A DNA stretch of 8,030 nt. Source: Candidatus Odinarchaeota archaeon (GTDB lineage: Archaea > Asgardarchaeota > Odinarchaeia > Odinarchaeales > Odinarchaeaceae). Position 1 is the stretch's first letter. Each line of letters starts with the position of its first letter. Under the pieces are notes generated by a model. The model saw only the letters and a program-made list of their open reading frames with translations, was not told where the DNA came from and made no database searches. The stretch is taken from the NCBI GenBank assembly GCA_038826135.1, contig JAWBON010000051.1, positions 1 through 8,030 of the forward strand, given 5' to 3'. The translations under genes were made by a program, and so were the position numbers. Of this stretch, positions 1 through 6,064 are shown in pieces.

Positions 1-204
1 GAGTGGAGAACGTTCAAACCTATTGTAGATCATAATAAGTGTACTCGATGCATGCAATGTGTTATATTTTGCCCTGATGTTTCTATAAAATATAAGCCTG
101 ACGTGAACATGATAGAAATAGACTTAGATCATTGTAAAGGTTGCGGTATATGCGCTGAAGAGTGCCCTGTCCACGCGATAACAATGGTTAAGGAGAAAGA
201 GTAG
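1..204 (+). CDS. porD: Pyruvate/2-oxoacid:ferredoxin oxidoreductase delta subunit (2x[4Fe-4S]), 5'-truncated
   Basis: Not in the ORF track. Frame 1 from base 1 reads EWRTFKPIVDHNKCTRCMQCVIFCPDVSIKYKPDVNMIEIDLDHCKGCGICAEECPVHAITMVKEKE* (TAG 202-204). It has two CxxCxxCxxxCP motifs and the WRTFKP PorD signature, and lies directly upstream of porA. Confidence 0.95.
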   Translation, partial: EWRTFKPIVDHNKCTRCMQCVIFCPDVSIKYKPDVNMIEIDLDHCKGCGICAEECPVHAITMVKEKE

Positions 205-208
205 GAGG
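204..208 (+). promoter_or_regulatory. Ribosome-binding site of porA
   Basis: GGAGG overlapping the porD stop, 8 nt before ATG 217. Confidence 0.75.
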
Positions 209-216
209 CGTATGAA

Positions 217-1521
217 ATGTCGAAGCCGGTTAAACAAGAAATGATGGGTATGAACGGGGATACTGCATCCGCTTACGCGGTTAAACAATGCAACCCTGAA
301 GTGGTAGCAGCCTATCCGATAACACCTCAAACAATTATAGTTGAAGTGTTCTCAGAGTATGTGGCGAACGGTGAAGTGACAACCGAATTCATACCCGTGG
401 AGTCCGAGCATAGCGCTATGTCAACATCTATAGGCGCTGCAGCGGCTGGTGCTAGAGCCTACACTGCTAGCGCTTCCCAAGGCCTAGCGTTAATGTATGA
501 GATGATGTACATCGCCTCAGGGTTAAGGCTTCCCATCGTTATGACGTGTGTTAATAGAGCTTTAAGCGCTCCTATAAATATTCACGGAGACCACTCTGAC
601 GCTATGGGCGCCAGGGATAGTGGTTGGATACAATTATATTGTGAGAACGGTCAGGAAGCTTATGATACTATCATCCAAGCGTGGAGGATAGCCGAGCATA
701 AAGATGTGCTGCTCCCTGTAATGGTTAACATCGACGGTTTCATTTTAAGCCACACACTTGAAAATGTATCAGTGCTACCGGATGACGCTGTTAAAAAATT
801 CATAGGAGAGAAGAAAATCCCTGTTGTTAGAAAACCTAACGGTGAACTTGCACCTTATATTTTATTCCCAGACTATCCTGTCTCGATGGGTGCTATAGAT
901 TTACAAGACTATTATTTTGAACATAAGCGACAGCAGGATGAAGCTATGAGAAACGCGCTTAAAGTAATCAAAGATATCGGCATAGAATACGGGGAGCTTA
1001 CAGGTAGAAAATACGGTTTAATAGACCCATATATGATGGATGACGCTGAAATCGCTATTATCGTTATGGGTTCAACAGCGGGTACAGCTAAATATGCAGT
1101 TGACATTATGAGAGAGAAAGGTGTGAAGGCTGGTGTTTTACGGGTGAGATCTTTCAGACCTTTCCCGAAGGATGAAATTACTAAAATACTTTCCAAAGTT
1201 AAAGCCTGTGCTGTGCTTGATAGAAGTATAAGCTTCGGCGCATACGGTGGGCCATTATTCAGTGAAATAAGGTCATCATTCTGCTACGAGTGTCAGAAGC
1301 CTATTATAATCAATTATTATTATGGATTAGGAGGCAGGGATACACCTCCGGATCTTATAGAAAACGTGTTCAAAGAATTGAAGAAAATCGCAGACACAGG
1401 GAAAGCCGGTGAGGAAATAAGATATCTAGGTCTTAGAGATGATTTGAAGAAGGCCAGCAACTATCAGGCGGAGCTTATCAGTTTTAAAGATTTAAATACT
1501 GGTAAAATTGGAGGTAAATGA
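217..1521 (+). CDS. porA: Pyruvate/2-oxoacid:ferredoxin oxidoreductase alpha subunit
   Basis: Motifs YPITPQT, VESEHSAMS, TASASQGL, NRALSAPINIHGDHSD, MGSTAGT and YGLGGRD. Lies between porD and porB. Confidence 0.96.
   Translation: MSKPVKQEMMGMNGDTASAYAVKQCNPEVVAAYPITPQTIIVEVFSEYVANGEVTTEFIPVESEHSAMSTSIGAAAAGARAYTASASQGLALMYEMMYIASGLRLPIVMTCVNRALSAPINIHGDHSDAMGARDSGWIQLYCENGQEAYDTIIQAWRIAEHKDVLLPVMVNIDGFILSHTLENVSVLPDDAVKKFIGEKKIPVVRKPNGELAPYILFPDYPVSMGAIDLQDYYFEHKRQQDEAMRNALKVIKDIGIEYGELTGRKYGLIDPYMMDDAEIAIIVMGSTAGTAKYAVDIMREKGVKAGVLRVRSFRPFPKDEITKILSKVKACAVLDRSISFGAYGGPLFSEIRSSFCYECQKPIIINYYYGLGGRDTPPDLIENVFKELKKIADTGKAGEEIRYLGLRDDLKKASNYQAELISFKDLNTGKIGGK
1510..1515 (+). promoter_or_regulatory. 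Ribosome-binding site of porB
   Basis: GGAGGT, 2 nt before ATG 1518 and 8 nt before in-frame ATG 1524. Spacing favours 1524. Confidence 0.7.
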
Positions 1522-2492
1522 AAATGTCAATAGTGAAACCTAAAGATTTAGCGCTTACAGAAGAAAGACTGGCCCCCGGTCATAGACTATGCCCTGGTTG
1601 CGCTGAGCCTACAACTGTTAAACTAGTATTAAAAGCGAGCGAGGAACCGGTTATAGTTTGCAGTGCAACCGGGTGTCTTGAAGTATCCACTTCAATATAT
1701 CCGTATACTTCTTGGAATGTGCCTTGGATACACAGCGCTTTCGAAAACGCTGCTGCAACAGCATCCGGTGTGGAAGCTGCTATAAAAGCTTTGAAAAGAA
1801 ACGGCGTGTACAAGTATGATAAAGTTAATGTGTTAGCGGTTGCAGGGGACGGTGGTACATTCGATATAGGTTTCCAAGCTCTCTCAGGGGCTTTTGAAAG
1901 ATATCATAGGATAGTATACTTACTATTAGATAATGAAGCCTATATGAACACAGGTATCCAGCGAAGTGGTGGTACACCAAGCTACGCTTCAACGACAACA
2001 AGCCCTGATGGTAAAATAATACCAGGTAAATTGCAGACGAAAAAACAGATTGGTCGCATAATGGTTGAACATGAACCATCTTATGTAGCAACTATTGCAG
2101 CTGCTTTCTGGCAGGATCTCATTCAGAAAGCGAAGAAGGCTTTTGCAGCAGACGGGCCTGCGTTCCTTCACTCTATAGCACCCTGCCCACGCGGGTGGAG
2201 GCACACTGACAATCTTGCAATAGAATTATGCAAACTGGCAGTTCAAACCTGTATATTCCCGTTATGGGAGGCTGAGAAAATAGAGGGTAAAATGGTGTAC
2301 AGGTTATCGCCGCCGAGTAAACAAATAGCTAAGAACCCTGATAAGAAGAAGCCTGTAGTAGAATATCTTAAACTCCAGGGCAGATACAGACACTTATTTA
2401 AGCCGGAGGAGAAAACGGATCTGCTTAAAACGATACAGGATTGGGTGGACACTGAGTGGAATATTATATTAGAGAGGTGCGGGGAAAAGTAA
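1518..2492 (+). CDS. porB: Pyruvate/2-oxoacid:ferredoxin oxidoreductase beta subunit (TPP-binding); true start may be 1524
   Basis: HRLCPGC, TGCLEV and PCPRGW cluster ligands, and the TPP motif GDGGTFDIGFQALSG...DNEAYMNTGIQRS. ATGA overlap with the porA stop. Confidence 0.96.
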   Translation: MKMSIVKPKDLALTEERLAPGHRLCPGCAEPTTVKLVLKASEEPVIVCSATGCLEVSTSIYPYTSWNVPWIHSAFENAAATASGVEAAIKALKRNGVYKYDKVNVLAVAGDGGTFDIGFQALSGAFERYHRIVYLLLDNEAYMNTGIQRSGGTPSYASTTTSPDGKIIPGKLQTKKQIGRIMVEHEPSYVATIAAAFWQDLIQKAKKAFAADGPAFLHSIAPCPRGWRHTDNLAIELCKLAVQTCIFPLWEAEKIEGKMVYRLSPPSKQIAKNPDKKKPVVEYLKLQGRYRHLFKPEEKTDLLKTIQDWVDTEWNIILERCGEK

Positions 2493-2499
2493 GATTTAT

Positions 2500-3012
2500 T
2501 CATCGAGTGAAAGTTAAAGCAGCCGCCATTTCTATGAAAATTTTATCTATGTTCTGCCCGGTCTTGGACGAGATCGGGTAGAATTCTTTTAAACTATATT
2601 TTCTAACTAATTCTTTTATTTGATTAGCATACGGGTTATCTGTAATTAGATCGGATTTAGAGCCTGCGAGAATGATTGGTATAGAGTCCGTGTTTTCCTT
2701 AACAAGTTCCAACCATTCCGGTAATGCTAGAAAAGTCGAGTAACGGCTTTGATCGAATACTACAATAGCCCCTTGAGCTCCTCTACAGAAAGAGGGAAGA
2801 AGTGTTCTGAAACGCTCCTCCCCTCCTAAATCCCATATCTGCATTTTCACCGTTAGCCCCTGTAGGTTTACAGTTGCTATTGCAAAAGAGACGCCGATGG
2901 TGGTTTTACTGTGAGTGAACTGGCCGGTCATGTACCTTTTTATAAGTGTGGTTTTTCCCACACCGCCCTCTCCAACGATTATGACTTTGTAGAGTTTTGG
3001 GTAGAAGCTCAT
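2500..3012 (-). CDS. Rab-like small GTPase (Ras superfamily, Asgard type), no lipidation tail
   Basis: G1 GEGGVGKT, G2 TTIG, G3 WDLGG, G4 GSKSD, G5 SSKT. RabF-like motifs IGVSF, KMQIW, RFRTL, FCRGA, VVFD. GGAG RBS (ctcc 3020-3023). Confidence 0.93.
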   Translation of the reverse strand: MSFYPKLYKVIIVGEGGVGKTTLIKRYMTGQFTHSKTTIGVSFAIATVNLQGLTVKMQIWDLGGEERFRTLLPSFCRGAQGAIVVFDQSRYSTFLALPEWLELVKENTDSIPIILAGSKSDLITDNPYANQIKELVRKYSLKEFYPISSKTGQNIDKIFIEMAAALTFTR

Positions 3013-3056
3013 TGTTAGACTCCAATTAAGTAGTATAACTACAAAATATATTAAAA

Positions 3057-3064
3057 TTTATAAA
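3057..3064 (-). promoter_or_regulatory. Candidate TATA box for the GTPase gene
   Basis: TTTATAAA about 45 nt upstream of the ATG in a 75-nt AT-rich gap. No clear BRE. Confidence 0.45.
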
Positions 3065-3087
3065 CCTATCGAACACCAGTATTAAAC

Positions 3088-4392
3088 CTAAACAGTAATT
3101 AACTTTTCGAAGCCCGCTACATTTAATGGAGCGAACTCGTAGCTAACATTAACAATCGGCGAATCGTCTTTAAGCATAGATTTAAGATCAGCCGGCGTCG
3201 CGGACACTATCACATCGAATACAGCCCCCTTAATAGTGCGGAGAAAATCTCTTCTCTGCGCATCATTATACCCCACCGCGGGTACAACATTCCCTATATG
3301 CGGATAAATCCTGTAAATATCTTTAAGAAAACCTTTAGCGTAAGGCCTCGGATCAACCACAACACCACCATGTTCAATAGCGTAAGAGTAAGCCGCTCCG
3401 AAGCTTAACCCACCGTGAGTTATTGAAGGCCCGTCTTCAACCGCCAGCACCTTTTTACCCTTCAAATCAAGCGGGGGTGAACCTTTCTTCTTTAAAACAC
3501 CTTGGATAATTTCAGCTCCAGGATTTAAAGCCTTAGCATAGCTATATATCCGCTCCACATTCTCCTTAGGCGATATATCAGTCTTAGTCACCACTATAAT
3601 ATTCGCTCTCCTAAAATTAACCTCACCAGGGTAGTATTCGACAATATGATCCGGTCTTAAACCATCCACAACTACAATATTCAGATCAGTCTCATAAAAC
3701 GGGAAGTCATTATTACCGCCATCCCAGATTATAACATCACCCTCACTCTCCGCAGCGTTAAGAATCCTCCCGTAATCAACACCAGCATAAACCACTGAAC
3801 CGGCTCTAATATGCGGCTCTATATCCTCCCGCTCCTCAACTGTGCAATTATTAATATCTAAATCCTCCAGCGACGTGAAACGCTGCACAACCGCCTTAGA
3901 AAGATCCCCGTAAGGCATAGGATGCCTAATAATAACAGGTTTATAACCCCGCTTTTTTAAAAGACCTGCCACATAACGGGTTACAGGGGATTTACCAACA
4001 CCCGTGCGCACACCACAAACAGATATAGATTTAACTGTGGGCTTCAGCATAGTCGACTGCGGGGATAATAAAACAAAGTCACAGCCAACTGATTGAACTA
4101 AAGCGGCTTTTGAAAGCAGCTCCTTGTAAGAAACATCACTGTAAGAGAAGAAGACTTTTTTAACATTATATTTGGCAATTAACTCAGTCAGCATGCTTTC
4201 ATTATATATTGGTATGCCTTCAGGGTAACCGCGTCCGCTTAACTCAGGCGGATAAATTCTTTCATCCACTCCAGGTATCTGACCTGATGTGAAAGCTACA
4301 ACATTGTAAAGCGGATTCTCCTTAAAATAAACATTAAAGTTGTGGAAATCCCTGCCAGCAGCCCCCATTATTATAATGTTCACAGCCTTCAT
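3088..4392 (-). CDS. COG2403 P-loop protein: arginine synthetase (ArcE)-like / cyclic 2,3-diphosphoglycerate synthetase family
   Basis: N-terminal IIIMGAAGRDFHNFN, Walker A GVRTGVGKS, RHPMPYGDL, YAGVDY, WDGGNNDFPF, EDGPSITHGG, DPRPYA. GAGG RBS (cctc 4399-4402) 6 nt upstream. Subfamily assignment is from recalled sequences. Confidence 0.85.
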   Translation of the reverse strand: MKAVNIIIMGAAGRDFHNFNVYFKENPLYNVVAFTSGQIPGVDERIYPPELSGRGYPEGIPIYNESMLTELIAKYNVKKVFFSYSDVSYKELLSKAALVQSVGCDFVLLSPQSTMLKPTVKSISVCGVRTGVGKSPVTRYVAGLLKKRGYKPVIIRHPMPYGDLSKAVVQRFTSLEDLDINNCTVEEREDIEPHIRAGSVVYAGVDYGRILNAAESEGDVIIWDGGNNDFPFYETDLNIVVVDGLRPDHIVEYYPGEVNFRRANIIVVTKTDISPKENVERIYSYAKALNPGAEIIQGVLKKKGSPPLDLKGKKVLAVEDGPSITHGGLSFGAAYSYAIEHGGVVVDPRPYAKGFLKDIYRIYPHIGNVVPAVGYNDAQRRDFLRTIKGAVFDVIVSATPADLKSMLKDDSPIVNVSYEFAPLNVAGFEKLITV

Positions 4393-4418
4393 AGACGTCC
4401 TCTCTTAAAAAATATGTT

Positions 4419-4946
4419 TCACTCTGTCTGAGAGCGCATCTTCGTGAAAAGCTGTTTAAGCTCAGTGTTAAGAGCTTGTCTAATATTTATAGGATTAATA
4501 GGTCTAGGCGGCTGCGGCTCCTGGGTTTGAGGGGCAACTGCCGGCGCAGCGTATGCAGCTGGTTGAGTAGGATAAGCCGCTCTAGCCTGCTGTGAAACCT
4601 GCGGAGGGGTGTAAACAGGCTCCTCAGGCGGAAGAGACTCCTCCTCAACTGGCTCCTCTCTTATAACTGGTTTTCTACTCGGAGCTGGCGCGCTTTGAAC
4701 AACCGGTTTAACAGCCTGCGGTGTAACACCGCCCCCAGCGATTCTGTTAACTCTCTGTTCAAGCATAGAGAGCCTCTGGTTAATAGAACTGCTTAAATTG
4801 TTAAGATTCTGTTCAAGCATATCCACAGCGTTAATCACGATTTCAAGCGTTCTAGTTAAGATCATCGCTAACTCTTGAACTTGTTTATTAACAGACTGCC
4901 CGGATATGTGAGAGAGTAAATCTGACAGGTCGTCGCTCATTTTCAT
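4419..4946 (-). CDS. Hypothetical protein: N-terminal coiled coil, Pro/Ala/Gln/Glu-rich linker, C-terminal amphipathic helix; true start may be 4940
   Basis: 175-codon ORF filling the gap between two same-strand genes. AGGTG RBS (cacct 4948-4952) 7 nt before Met3. Clear heptad pattern over residues about 23-69, and 20 Pro in residues 76-152. Confidence 0.85.
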   Translation of the reverse strand: MKMSDDLSDLLSHISGQSVNKQVQELAMILTRTLEIVINAVDMLEQNLNNLSSSINQRLSMLEQRVNRIAGGGVTPQAVKPVVQSAPAPSRKPVIREEPVEEESLPPEEPVYTPPQVSQQARAAYPTQPAAYAAPAVAPQTQEPQPPRPINPINIRQALNTELKQLFTKMRSQTE

Positions 4947-5039
4947 ACACCTTATTTTAATAAAACCAGCTAGTGAATAATATTAAATTTGAAACGGCTG
5001 GTTGAATATTTAATTTTATGAGTACTAATAACTCCAAAC

Positions 5040-5051
5040 TTAAATATTTAA
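5040..5051 (-). promoter_or_regulatory. Candidate TATA box (perfect 12-bp palindrome TTAAATATTTAA) for the 175-aa gene
   Basis: TTAAATA core within a self-complementary 12-mer in the 123-nt intergenic gap. Confidence 0.4.
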
Positions 5052-5069
5052 CTGTAGTCGTGCTATAAC

Positions 5070-5828
5070 TTATTGTTCATTAACAGGTTCACCGTTAACA
5101 CTTTCCAGCTTATTTTCACCCGCATCATTCTCCTTTCTTTTATTCAAAACAACAGACCAGTCGATCTTCAATATAAAGTAAATAAGCAGTATTGTTCCTA
5201 TTATAGCCAGCACTGTTCCTATAGTCCCTCCCCCTGTAAAAATTAATTCAACAAAACCCCAGCCTAGGCGACCGCCGAAAGCTAGTAAAGAGCATAACAG
5301 TATTTTACCAAATATGCAGGCTATAAGGGCCTTAGCTAAATTATATCTTAACACACCTAAAGGTATAAGAAGCGTGTCATCAGGTAAAGGTGTAGCAGCG
5401 AAGAGAACAATCGCCCAAAAACCGTATCTTTCAATCAACGCTCCAACAGACTTCAAGTTTTTCTCATATTTTCTTTCTATAAACTTTCTTCCACCTAAAC
5501 CTATAAGATAAGCTGAAACCTCACCTATACCGGATCCTAAACCGCAGATGAGGGCTAATAGCAGCGGGTTTATGAATGGTTGAGCTCCCAGTAGAAAAAT
5601 AGCTAAAGCATATGGAACAGGTAAAAAAACTGTGAAATTACTGAAGGTTGATATGATAAAAGCACCGAAATAAGCGGAAACCGGATTATTAACTACAAAA
5701 TCATACATTACAGTTGACAGGCCGTCGAAAAAAGCCATTATCCCCGGGGATGAAAAAACAATATATAAGACTATTCCGGCTACGATAACAGCTGTAATCA
5801 TATAAATATTTGAACGCTTTAACCGCAT
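5070..5828 (-). CDS. DedA/VTT-domain (SNARE-associated Golgi protein family) membrane protein
   Basis: Re-entrant-helix-like segments ISTFSNFTVFLPVPY and LFAATPLPDD, the GLGSGIGEVSAYLIG helix, YGFWAIVLF, and several hydrophobic spans. Start uncertain (5828 or Met10 at 5801). Confidence 0.85.
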   Translation of the reverse strand: MRLKRSNIYMITAVIVAGIVLYIVFSSPGIMAFFDGLSTVMYDFVVNNPVSAYFGAFIISTFSNFTVFLPVPYALAIFLLGAQPFINPLLLALICGLGSGIGEVSAYLIGLGGRKFIERKYEKNLKSVGALIERYGFWAIVLFAATPLPDDTLLIPLGVLRYNLAKALIACIFGKILLCSLLAFGGRLGWGFVELIFTGGGTIGTVLAIIGTILLIYFILKIDWSVVLNKRKENDAGENKLESVNGEPVNEQ

Positions 5829-5991
5829 AACCTCACCGAGGATAATATAAACATAATTTTTGAAGCACCGCTGTCAGGAACTTGTCAAACCATATTTATT
5901 TTGACGAGATTAATAAATGATATTTTATTACAAGCAAATTTATTTTATTAAAGTTTAGCACGCTGTATTTATAGGTTGCTATCCTTTTAAC

Positions 5992-6008
5992 CGGCAAAGT
6001 TTAAAATA
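5992..6008 (+). promoter_or_regulatory. Candidate BRE-TATA promoter of the DGGGP synthase gene
   Basis: CGGCAAAG-TTTAAAATA matches the archaeal BRE+TATA layout. An alternative TATA, TTATAAAT, is at 6015-6022. Confidence 0.45.
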
Positions 6009-6064
6009 TGACTCTTATAAATAGATTGTAGCACTTGTTTTTAAAATAAGTAACAGGGATATGG

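Noticed and set aside
124-2204. Short antisense ORFs 124-330, 912-1196, 1580-1813, 1825-2091 and 1989-2204
   Set aside because: All lie opposite conserved por genes and have no motifs.
2243-2503. 86-aa minus-strand ORF whose ATG overlaps the GTPase stop (ATGA), mimicking translational coupling
   Set aside because: It lies almost entirely antisense to well-supported porB and has no recognisable motif; shadow ORF.
2500-4421. TGA stops of the GTPase and 175-aa genes as selenocysteine read-through
   Set aside because: Both fall at natural protein ends with no redox motif or SECIS-like hairpin, and read-through would run into neighbouring genes.
4614-4658. GAGGAGCCAGTT/GAGGAGCCTGTT repeat on the minus strand (EEPV twice)
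   Set aside because: Explained by low-complexity linker coding; only two copies, not an array.
4899-4934. N-terminal DDLSDLLSHISG resembling the WH2 helix SDLLSAI
   Set aside because: No basic LKK-type tail follows, and it is too short to distinguish from a generic amphipathic helix.
4419-4946. 175-aa protein as ESCRT-III/CdvB or SNARE
   Set aside because: It has only one roughly 50-residue coil, not the Snf7 helical hairpin with basic/acidic halves, and has no C-terminal transmembrane anchor.
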